From a virus (taxonomy: Duplodnaviria; Heunggongvirae; Uroviricota; Caudoviricetes), in the IMG/VR virus record IMGVR_UViG_2713896896_000002, positions 1-6,915 of that record: DNA of 6,915 nt; one strand, given 5' to 3'. The position numbers were made by a program, and so were the translations under genes. Under the pieces are notes generated by a model. That model was given only the letters and a program-made list of their open reading frames with translations. It had not been told where the DNA came from and ran no database searches. Numbering within the stretch: the first letter of the stretch is position 1; each line of letters starts with the position of its first letter. Below are positions 1 to 5,786 of this stretch, in pieces.

Positions 1-99
1 ACGCCTCGGGCTGGCTACTTAACCCCTGACCACTGCCTGGTAACTCAAAGTATTGCCCTGCGTTCTGTGGGGCGGGGAGGGTTGGTATGAAATAAAGGA

Positions 100-136
100 T
101 ACCCATAGGTATTCAAAAAGTAAATACCCATGGGTA
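100..136. promoter_or_regulatory. OL-like operator pair: two 12-bp palindromes TACCCATAGGTA (100-111) and TACCCATGGGTA (125-136)
   Basis: Second site is a perfect palindrome and the first differs at one position. Centres are 25 bp apart and sit about 45 bp beyond the 3' end of the repressor gene. The same TACC-N4-GGTA motif recurs in the repressor/cro intergenic region. Confidence 0.6.
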
Positions 137-178
137 AAATTTTGGGGTGTCTTAACTGGTGGCTGGTTGTTTGGTGAG

Positions 179-598
179 TTATGACGCGTTTTGTGCTTTC
201 TTTTTACGGATTTCTTCGTAGATCATATTGTAATACTGTTTTTTCTCTTCAAGAGTTTTTAATAAGTTATCCGTTTCACTTTCTGGCAGTTCGTCTAAGA
301 GATCTAAAAAAATACGTTGTCGTGGCGTTAGAACCCTTGTTTCATAATTGGAGGCTGTGTTCGTTGATGATGAAACGATACCATCCATCCATCCCCGGGG
401 TAACCCAAAGGACTCTTCGATAATCTCCACCATATCATCAGCGATCCGTTTTTTTCCTTTTTTCCCCTCTGGGTACAACATTCTTGATACATAAGAAGGC
501 TCGCGACCGATCTTTCTGGCCACGTTAACCGCTTTACCATCGCATTTCTCATCACGAATTTTGATGAGTTGCTGTCGTCTAAATTCATATTTGTCCAT
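179..598 (-). CDS. Prophage immunity repressor, XRE/Cro-CI family HTH, short form (139 aa) with no S24 peptidase domain
   Basis: ORF 179-640 on the minus strand. The HTH pattern (RRQQLIKIRDEK..GKAVNVARKIGREPSYVSRM...FGLPRGWMDG) fits XRE-family spacing if translation starts at Met15 (ATG = complement of 596-598); the longer ORF would start at 640 inside an operator. No Ser/Lys autocleavage domain: the protein ends about 80 aa after the HTH. Divergent from a cro-like gene, as for RacR/YdaS. No obvious SD for either start. Confidence 0.75.
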   Translation of the reverse strand: MDKYEFRRQQLIKIRDEKCDGKAVNVARKIGREPSYVSRMLYPEGKKGKKRIADDMVEIIEESFGLPRGWMDGIVSSSTNTASNYETRVLTPRQRIFLDLLDELPESETDNLLKTLEEKKQYYNMIYEEIRKKKAQNAS

Positions 599-699
599 AG
601 GTAAATAATAGATGCGATTACCGCAAGGTAAACAACCCATAGGTATTGACTTTTGTTTACCTGTGGGTATTCTTGACCGTAGTTTACTAAGGAGTAGCC
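599..699. promoter_or_regulatory. OR-like divergent control region: operator sites TACCGCAAGGTA (619-630, degenerate), AACCCATAGGTA (634-645), TACCTGTGGGTA (658-669); rightward promoter -35 TTGACT (646-651), -10 TATTCT (668-673)
   Basis: Three copies of the TACC-N4-GGTA palindrome lie between the divergent repressor and cro-like genes. A sigma70-like -35/-10 pair with 16-bp spacer overlaps site 658-669, and an AAGGAG Shine-Dalgarno (689-694) precedes the cro ATG at 700. The leftward repressor promoter was not confidently located. Confidence 0.6.
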
Positions 700-981
700 A
701 TGGAAGAATTAAGAATATTTCTCAATTCTCTTTCGTCAGATGAACAGCGTATGTTTGCATGTGAGTGTGGTACTAGCATCGGTTATCTAAGAAAGGCATT
801 GAGTAAAGGTCAAGTGTTAGGGGCATCGTTATGTGTCCTTATTGAGCGAGCCAGTAATGGTGAAGTTACACGTCAGCAACTAAGGCCTTTTGATTGGATG
901 AATATTTGGCCCGAGCTGGAAGATACCAAAACGTTAACACAACCACTTTCCAGGAGCTTGATTCATGATAATCAAGCATGA
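700..981 (+). CDS. Cro-like / YdaS-family HTH regulator (93 aa)
   Basis: First rightward gene after the operators, with a good SD. Sequence features (FACECGTSIGYLRKA..., ERASNGEV, LRPFDW) resemble the YdaS/Cro-like family as I recall it. Its 3' end overlaps the next gene by 17 nt. Confidence 0.7.
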   Translation: MEELRIFLNSLSSDEQRMFACECGTSIGYLRKALSKGQVLGASLCVLIERASNGEVTRQQLRPFDWMNIWPELEDTKTLTQPLSRSLIHDNQA

Positions 982-1390
982 GCACATCCGCATGGTGATG
1001 AATGCCTGGGCGCATCCGGACGGTGAAAAAGTTCCGGCGGCTGAAATAACCCGGGCTTATTTTGAGCTGGGTATGACGTTCCCGGAATTATATGACGACA
1101 GCCATCCTGAAGCCCTGGCTCGCAATACTCAGAAAATTTTCCGCTGGGTGGAGAAAGACACCCCTGATGCGGTTAAAAAAATTCAGGCGTTGTTACCAGC
1201 GATCGAAAAGGCAATGCCGCCTCTGCTGGTGGCCCGAATGCGCAGTCACAGTTCAGCCTATTTTCGGGAGCTGCTGGAGACGCGGGAGCGGCTGGTGAGG
1301 GATGCAGATGATTTTATTGCGGTGGCAATTGCTGGTTTCAACCAGATTAATCGCGGTGGCCCGGCAGGAAATGCCGTGGTGATGCACTAA
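965..1390 (+). CDS. YdaT-like protein (cII-position regulator of Rac-like prophages), 141 aa
   Basis: N-terminus MIIKHEHI... and overall size match my recollection of E. coli Rac YdaT (about 140 aa, starting MKIKHEHI). SD AGGAG at 950-954. Position immediately after cro is typical of cII analogues. Confidence 0.65.
   Translation: MIIKHEHIRMVMNAWAHPDGEKVPAAEITRAYFELGMTFPELYDDSHPEALARNTQKIFRWVEKDTPDAVKKIQALLPAIEKAMPPLLVARMRSHSSAYFRELLETRERLVRDADDFIAVAIAGFNQINRGGPAGNAVVMH
1225..1232 (+). other. Chi site GCTGGTGG
   Basis: Exact octamer on the + strand; two more copies occur at 6339-6346 and 6396-6403. Confidence 0.7.
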
Positions 1391-1413
1391 AAGCACGGTG
1401 TTCGGGGTTTTTT

Positions 1414-2376
1414 ATGAGCAGCAAGCTTCATGGTCTTGTCTGGGAAGGGTGTGCCTTCACCGGCATGATCTTATCCAGGGTGGCAGTGATGGCTCGTCTT
1501 GCAGACTACAGCAATGATGAAGGTGTGTCATGGCCTGCAGTAGAGACCATTCGTCGTCAGATTGGGGCAAAGAGTGAATCAACGGTTAAAGCGGCGATAG
1601 CGGAACTGGAAAAAAGCGGCTGGCTGACAAAGGAAGAGCGTAAGGTTGGCGGACGTAACGTAAGCAATATCTACCGGCTTAATGTGGAAAAACTCGAAGC
1701 TGCAGCAGCGGCGGCGCGAGAGGCATATAAACCGAAAAGAAAAATTAGCCCGGCAAAAAATGACCCGTTAACGGTTGACCCGTCAAATATTGACCCCTCA
1801 ACGGTTGACCCGTCAAATTTTGATGGATCAACCGTTGATAAAAAACGGTCGGTTAGGGGGGCGATGATTGACCCCGATCCGTCAGTATTAAAATCTGATC
1901 CATCAGATAAAAGATCTTCTTGTCCGGACGCTTCGCAACCGGACCCGCAGACGGCTGAACAGGATTTTTTTACCCGACACCCTGATGCGGTTGTGTTCAG
2001 TGCGAAAAAACGCCAGTGGGGAAGTCAGGAAGATTTGGCGTGCGCACAGTGGATCTGGGGACGAATCGTGAGTCTTTACGAGCAGGCGGCCAGCGATGAT
2101 GGCGAGATCACGCGACCGAAAGAACCAAACTGGACCGCGTGGGCCAATGACGTGCGCACAATGCGGATGCTGGATGGCAGAACTCACAGACAAATTTGCG
2201 AAATGTTTGGGCGGGTACAGCGGGATCCATTCTGGGTAAAAAACATCATGAGCCCGTCAAAGCTCCGCGAAAAATGGGACGAACTGGTCATCCGCCTGGG
2301 GCGTTCACCTGTACAGCGTTGTGTGAATCATATTTCTGAACCGGACACCGAAATTCCTCCGGGGTTCAGGGGGTAA
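1414..2376 (+). CDS. Replication initiation protein (lambda O analogue) with N-terminal winged-helix DNA-binding domain and DnaT-like C-terminus
   Basis: 320-aa ORF. The N-terminal region (VSWPAVETIRRQIGAKSESTVKAAIAELEKSGWL) looks like a winged helix. The C-terminal SEPDTEIPPGFRG closely matches the C-terminal end of E. coli DnaT as I recall it. Internal iterons encode a repetitive DPSNIDPSTVDPSNFDGSTVD linker. The gene is directly followed by a dnaC homologue, mirroring the host dnaT-dnaC operon. No clear SD for the ATG at 1414. Confidence 0.8.
   Translation: MSSKLHGLVWEGCAFTGMILSRVAVMARLADYSNDEGVSWPAVETIRRQIGAKSESTVKAAIAELEKSGWLTKEERKVGGRNVSNIYRLNVEKLEAAAAAAREAYKPKRKISPAKNDPLTVDPSNIDPSTVDPSNFDGSTVDKKRSVRGAMIDPDPSVLKSDPSDKRSSCPDASQPDPQTAEQDFFTRHPDAVVFSAKKRQWGSQEDLACAQWIWGRIVSLYEQAASDDGEITRPKEPNWTAWANDVRTMRMLDGRTHRQICEMFGRVQRDPFWVKNIMSPSKLREKWDELVIRLGRSPVQRCVNHISEPDTEIPPGFRG
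1760..1831. repeat. Iteron array inside the replication gene: five copies of TTGAYNNNTCAA-type 12-mer at 15-bp periodicity
   Basis: Copies at 1760-1771 (degenerate), 1775-1786, 1790-1801, 1805-1816 and 1820-1831. There is an exact 19-bp direct repeat AACGGTTGACCCGTCAAAT at 1770-1788 and 1800-1818. Each unit is an inverted repeat, TTGAC-CC-GTCAA. Confidence 0.75.
1832..1920. other. Putative origin unwinding region: A/T-rich tract with clustered GATC sites adjacent to the iterons
   Basis: GATAAAAAACGG followed by GATCCGTCAGTATTAAAATCTGATCCATCAGATAAAAGATCTTCT. GATC at 1876-1879, 1897-1900 and 1913-1916, with a direct repeat GATCCRTCAG. The layout parallels the lambda origin lying inside gene O. 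Confidence 0.55.
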
Positions 2377-2382
2377 CGAACC

Positions 2383-3129
2383 ATGAAAAATATTGCGACA
2401 GGCGGCGTTCTGGAACGTATCCGCAGACTGACCCCGCCACATGTAACCGCCCCATTCAGAACGGTAGCGGAGTGGCGCGAGTGGCAACTTGCTGAAGGCC
2501 AGAAGCGTAGCGAGGAGATCAACCGCCTGAATCGCCAGTTGCGGGTGGAAAAAATTCTGAATCGCTCAGGCATCCAGCCGTTGCACCGTAAATGCTCGTT
2601 TGCGAATTACCATGTACAGAACGACGGCCAGCGATACGCGTTAAGTCAGGCGAAATCCATCGCTGATGAACTGATGACCGGATGCACAAATTTCGCGTTC
2701 AGCGGAAAACCTGGTACCGGAAAAAACCATCTGGCGGCGGCTATCGGGAATCGCCTGCTGAAAGACGGCCAGACAGTGATAGTGGTTACTGTGGCTGATG
2801 TTATGAGTGCCCTGCACGCCAGCTATGACGACGGGCAGTCAGGCGAAAAATTTTTGCGGGAACTGTGCGAAGTGGATCTGCTGGTTCTTGATGAAATTGG
2901 CATTCAGCGTGAGACGAAAAACGAGCAGGTGGTGCTGCATCAGATTGTTGATCGCCGGACAGCATCGATGCGCAGTATGGGGATGCTGACAAACCTGAAC
3001 TATGAGGCCATGAAAACGTTGCTCGGCGAGAGGATTATGGATCGCATGACCATGAACGGCGGGCGCTGGGTGACTTTTAACTGGGAAAGCTGGCGCCCGA
3101 ATGTCGTCCAGCCAGGAATCACGAAGTGA
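2383..3129 (+). CDS. DnaC-family helicase loader (lambda P-position replication protein), AAA+ ATPase
   Basis: Walker [18 protein letters not shown] and Walker [10 protein letters not shown]. Strong end-to-end resemblance to E. coli DnaC as recalled (N-terminal MKN..., RSGIQPLH, C-terminal [22 protein letters not shown]...[10 protein letters not shown]). SD AGGGGG 9 nt upstream of the ATG. Confidence 0.92.
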   Translation: MKNIATGGVLERIRRLTPPHVTAPFRTVAEWREWQLAEGQKRSEEINRLNRQLRVEKILNRSGIQPLHRKCSFANYHVQNDGQRYALSQAKSIADELMTGCTNFAFSGKPGTGKNHLAAAIGNRLLKDGQTVIVVTVADVMSALHASYDDGQSGEKFLRELCEVDLLVLDEIGIQRETKNEQVVLHQIVDRRTASMRSMGMLTNLNYEAMKTLLGERIMDRMTMNGGRWVTFNWESWRPNVVQPGITK

Positions 3130-3151
3130 TTTTTACCGGGAGGAAATTTTA

Positions 3152-3913
3152 ATGGAGACTGTTTTTGACGCACTGAAAGCGATGGGAAAGGCCACATCCA
3201 TAGAACTTGCTGCGCGACTTGATATCAGTCGTGAAGAGGTACTGAATGAGCTGTGGGAACTGAAAAAATCTGGTTTCGTTGATAAAACCGCGTACACCTG
3301 GCGTGTGGCTGGTAGCAATGCTCAGCAGGAACAAGCATCCCGGGCTGAATTTCATGAAGAAACTACCACGGCAACAGTAGCGAAAATCTCAGAGTGCGAT
3401 TTAACGGCGACGATTGAACAACGCGGACCACAAACGGCTGATGAGCTGGCTACGCTGTTCGGTATCACATCACGCAAAGTGGCTTCAACGTTGGCTCAGG
3501 CAATCAGCAAAGGTCGCCTGATTCGCGTAAATCAGAACGGTAAATTTCGTTACTGCATGCCGGACGATAATTTACCAGCAGAGCCGAAAGCCGCATTGGT
3601 AACGGAAACAGATGGTAAAGCCTTTCCTCAGCCAGCAGGTGTTGCGTTACCAGCACAGGAAACTGTAACACAGGAAGAAATTAAAACAGAAACTGTGGCG
3701 GACATTGTGCAGTCGCTGCCATCGTTCACCGAAACGCGGGCGGATGACCTGATTTTACCATCGCTGCATCTGGCAAACCGCGAACTGCGCCGGGCGAAAA
3801 ATCATGTCCAGAAGTGGGAGCGCGTCTGCGCCGCGCTGCGGGAGCTGAATAAACACCGGGATATTGTCCGACAGATTGTCGATTCCTCCAGTCGCGTTGT
3901 GTCGGAAAGGTGA
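3152..3913 (+). CDS. Hypothetical phage protein with two winged-helix-like repeats and a charged, probably coiled-coil C-terminus (253 aa; possibly DUF1627-like)
   Basis: Start placed at ATG 3152 because of SD GGGAGG at 3138-3143; the track ORF from 3101 would overlap dnaC-like. Two similar HTH-like segments ([30 protein letters not shown] and [32 protein letters not shown]). The family name is a tentative recollection. Confidence 0.7.
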   Translation: METVFDALKAMGKATSIELAARLDISREEVLNELWELKKSGFVDKTAYTWRVAGSNAQQEQASRAEFHEETTTATVAKISECDLTATIEQRGPQTADELATLFGITSRKVASTLAQAISKGRLIRVNQNGKFRYCMPDDNLPAEPKAALVTETDGKAFPQPAGVALPAQETVTQEEIKTETVADIVQSLPSFTETRADDLILPSLHLANRELRRAKNHVQKWERVCAALRELNKHRDIVRQIVDSSSRVVSER

Positions 3914-3920
3914 GGCACTT

Positions 3921-4337
3921 ATGAGAAACGTTTTTACACCTGAATATCGGGAGCAACTGAAGGCGCGTATTGTGGAACTGGTGCGCAGAGATGGGAGGAA
4001 AACACGTAAGCAACTGGAGGATGAAACCGGAGCAACGAGACACCTGATAGAAGTTCTGGCGAAAGAGCTGGTAGTTAGTGGCACGCTATATGGTTCAGGC
4101 CATGGAATATTTCCTTCAGAACAGGCTCGTAAGGACTGGATAAAAGCCTGCAAAAAAATGTCGAGAGCGGCAGTGAAAAAGAAGAGCGACCCTGACCTGA
4201 TTTATTCATTGCCAGATGGTGAAATACGCCGTTACAACAGGAGACAGAACATAATTTGCCGAGAGTGCCGTCAGAGCGAAACTATGCAGCGCGTGCTGGC
4301 TTTCTGGAAGGGAAGTTTGCAGGAGGTGGTACTGTGA
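3921..4337 (+). CDS. Hypothetical protein (138 aa), basic, with N-terminal HTH-like segment
   Basis: Start at ATG 3921 with SD AAGGTGAGG (3907-3915) 5 nt upstream; the track start 3864 lacks an SD and overlaps the upstream gene. Tightly linked to the preceding ORF (7-nt gap), suggesting co-translation in one operon. Confidence 0.65.
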   Translation: MRNVFTPEYREQLKARIVELVRRDGRKTRKQLEDETGATRHLIEVLAKELVVSGTLYGSGHGIFPSEQARKDWIKACKKMSRAAVKKKSDPDLIYSLPDGEIRRYNRRQNIICRECRQSETMQRVLAFWKGSLQEVVL

Positions 4338-4464
4338 GCCAAATTAACAATCAGGACTGCGTGAAGTGAAAGAGAAAACATAATTCAAATCTGAATAATT
4401 AATCTCAGCACTGTAAATAAAATTTAATCCTTAACAGGAGGGATTCCTGCACCCTCAAAACATC

Positions 4465-4498
4465 AGGAGGCCGCCCGAAAGGGCGGTAATGAAAAATG
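4465..4498 (+). promoter_or_regulatory. Structured translation-initiation leader: SD AGGAGG (4465-4470), hairpin CCGCCC-GAAA-GGGCGG (4471-4486), start ATG 4496
   Basis: Perfect 6-bp GC stem with GAAA tetraloop sits exactly between a consensus SD and the start codon. Linear spacing is 25 nt, but about 9 nt if the hairpin is formed. A second weaker hairpin GAGGG-N9-CCCTC lies at 4438-4456. Confidence 0.5.
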
Positions 4499-4903
4499 AC
4501 TGAATTAACAAAAGAGCAATTAATCGAAGAAGCTAAATTAAAAATAGCGATTGCGAAATGCCACCCCAATTCAGGGGTGGCACGAGTAGAGGGTGAGTTA
4601 TTCAAAATTGCTCTGGCATCGCTGGAAGCAGAGCCGATAGCGTGGGAATACGGCGAAAACATAATCCTGTTTAATCCTGACACAGTTGAAGCATACGCAA
4701 AACGTGCAGAGATAACACCTAAACCTCTATTCACCGCTACACCTGTGTCACTGACACCAGAAGGATTGATTAAAGCAGTGCGTTTCTATGAACAGGTTAA
4801 GCGTGAAAATCCGCCAGTCGAAACCGGAGCATGGAAAGACGCGGTTGACTGGGTGCTCAAAGAGGCCTGTCGTGCAGCCATGCTTAAGGGAGATAAATCA
4901 TGA
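4496..4903 (+). CDS. Hypothetical protein (135 aa)
   Basis: Clean ORF. Its stop overlaps the next start in an ATGA arrangement (4900-4903). Preceded by a 158-bp AT-rich intergenic region and the structured leader. No family recognised. Confidence 0.65.
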   Translation: MTELTKEQLIEEAKLKIAIAKCHPNSGVARVEGELFKIALASLEAEPIAWEYGENIILFNPDTVEAYAKRAEITPKPLFTATPVSLTPEGLIKAVRFYEQVKRENPPVETGAWKDAVDWVLKEACRAAMLKGDKS

Positions 4904-5247
4904 TTAATCGAACCAAACTGGAGCACATCCTTGAGTATGCCTGGCAGCAGAGGCATTTGGGTCAGCACTGTAAAATTCCACCAGGAGATATGGTTGAAAT
5001 CGTGGAGATTGCCATGCGTAAGACTGGCAACTCTCCGGTAACTTCGGGCGGTTGGATAAGCTGTAGTGAGCGAATGCCAGGTGATGGTCAGCACGTAATT
5101 ATTTTATGTGATGGCGCATTCGTTCTTCATGCGCAATATCGAGACGGTGAGTTTTTCGATATTGTCCGCAATGGTAATGAATTTTTTGAAACACAGAGCC
5201 GCAATGTAACCGACTGGATGCCGCTACCAGAACCACGAAGGAGGTGA
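4900..5247 (+). CDS. DUF551-like phage protein (115 aa)
   Basis: C-terminal pattern GGWISCSERMPGDGQHVIILC...DGEFFDIV...VTDWMPLPEP matches my recollection of the DUF551 signature (W..P....V.....g....DWMPLPEP). Start overlaps the upstream stop, suggesting translational coupling. Confidence 0.65.
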   Translation: MINRTKLEHILEYAWQQRHLGQHCKIPPGDMVEIVEIAMRKTGNSPVTSGGWISCSERMPGDGQHVIILCDGAFVLHAQYRDGEFFDIVRNGNEFFETQSRNVTDWMPLPEPRRR

Positions 5248-5251
5248 ATCA

Positions 5252-5323
5252 ATGAGCTGGCCTGAGGCATTCACAACAGTAGGTATTGTACTGGCGGTGT
5301 ATTCGATTTGCCGCTGGGGGTAA
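5252..5323 (+). CDS. Small ORF, 23 aa, predicted single-pass hydrophobic peptide (MSWPEAFTTVGIVLAVYSICRWG)
   Basis: Not in the ORF track. Near-perfect SD AAGGAGGTGA (5238-5247) with 7-nt spacing to ATG 5252; stop TAA 5321-5323. It sits directly after the DUF551 gene in the same orientation. Confidence 0.5.
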   Translation: MSWPEAFTTVGIVLAVYSICRWG

Positions 5324-5329
5324 GGTATT

Positions 5330-5373
5330 AAAAAACGCCCCGCACACATAAGTTGGGCGCCTGAGATGCGGGG
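5330..5373 (-). terminator. Putative intrinsic terminator oriented for leftward (minus-strand) transcription
   Basis: 7-bp GC-rich stem CCCCGCA (5338-5344) / TGCGGGG (5367-5373). On the minus strand the stem is followed by CG then TTTTTT (complement of A-run 5330-5335). The loop is long (22 nt) and may fold further. There is no T-run after it on the plus strand. Confidence 0.4.
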
Positions 5374-5484
5374 ATAGGGAGTTGGTTAAATAGTTATACA
5401 ACAATACTTGATTTTGCATTGAAGCAAGGAGGAGATTGCCACATATTGAATCATGCACGTGTACGTCAAATGTGGGAGGTCATC

Positions 5485-5574
5485 GTGCTGGTTCTGAAAT
5501 GTGCGCTGGCTATTGCGGCTGTAATGGCAATTTATTGTCTTGTTATTGTTCTTATGAATCACCTCTCTGATTGA
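5485..5574 (+). CDS. Small ORF, 29 aa, very hydrophobic peptide (MLVLKCALAIAAVMAIYCLVIVLMNHLSD); candidate small membrane toxin-like peptide
   Basis: Not in the ORF track. SD GGGAGG (5474-5479) is 5 nt upstream of GTG 5485; an in-frame ATG at 5470 without SD would give 34 aa. Stop TGA 5572-5574. Composition resembles type I toxin peptides (single TM helix, short polar tail). Confidence 0.45.
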   Translation: MLVLKCALAIAAVMAIYCLVIVLMNHLSD

Positions 5575-5581
5575 TTTTATA

Positions 5582-5610
5582 TTGGCGAGGTGACGTGAGT
5601 TAAGTAGAAT
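5582..5610 (+). promoter_or_regulatory. Putative hok mRNA promoter: -35 TTGGCG (5582-5587), 17-bp spacer, -10 TAGAAT (5605-5610)
   Basis: Sigma70-like elements positioned so that transcription would start near 5617, at the GGGTGCTTGAGGC element typical of hok-family mRNA 5' ends. Confidence 0.5.
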
Positions 5611-5659
5611 TGCTGCGGGTGCTTGAGGCTATCTGTCTCAGGCATGAACACCAAAAGGC

Positions 5660-5750
5660 AGATAGAGAAAAGCCCCAGTTAACATTACGCGTCTTGCAGG
5701 ACGCTTAACATTAATCTGAGGCTCAATCCATGCTGAACACATGTAGGTTA
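5660..5750 (-). ncRNA. Expected position of a Sok-like antisense RNA overlapping the hok leader / mok-like start (boundaries not resolved)
   Basis: Inferred from the hok-family architecture. Candidate minus-strand promoter: -35 TTGCCT (complement of 5768-5773), -10 TAACCT (complement of 5745-5750). I could not identify a clean terminator, so the extent is approximate. Confidence 0.3.
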
Positions 5751-5786
5751 GCCTCTTACGTGCCGAAAGGCAAGGAGAAGCAGGCT

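Noticed and set aside
1-106. Leftward ORF starting at the complement of 104-106 and running off the left edge
   Set aside because: The start codon would lie inside the OL-like operator with no SD, and there is too little sequence to judge. The true first leftward gene probably begins outside the window.
181-588. ORFs 181-423 (+) and 328-588 (-) from the six-frame track
   Set aside because: Both lie entirely within, or opposite to, the repressor coding sequence and have no SD or recognisable protein features. Treated as frame artefacts of the real repressor gene.
1092-1298. ORF 1092-1298 (+), 68 aa, Cys/Arg/Trp-rich
   Set aside because: Alternative frame inside the YdaT-like gene; composition typical of an out-of-frame read of GC-rich coding sequence.
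1370-1413. Possible terminator before the replication initiator gene (T-run 1400-1406)
   Set aside because: Only a weak 5-bp stem (CCGTG/CACGG) with a 14-nt loop and an 8-nt gap to the T-run. Not a convincing intrinsic terminator.
1903-3355. Minus-strand and alternate-frame ORFs 1903-2193, 2305-2487, 2328-2573, 2801-2992, 2807-2989, 3000-3197, 3133-3318, 3149-3355
   Set aside because: All are embedded in the well-supported replication genes (DnaT-like initiator, DnaC homologue) or the following ORF. No SDs, and Arg/Ser/Cys-rich composition typical of antisense frames.
3101-3920. Longer N-terminal extensions of the ORFs at 3101 and 3864
   Set aside because: The upstream starts lack SDs and would overlap the preceding genes by about 30-50 nt, whereas the internal ATGs at 3152 and 3921 each have a strong SD at ideal spacing.
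3726-5094. Minus-strand ORFs 3726-4043, 3755-4153, 4405-4734, 4786-5094
   Set aside because: Antisense to + strand ORFs that have SDs and operon-like spacing; no independent support.
5249-5458. Minus-strand ORF 5249-5458 (69 aa)
   Set aside because: Runs through the predicted leftward terminator and across the 23-aa + strand ORF; GTG start with no SD. More likely non-coding.
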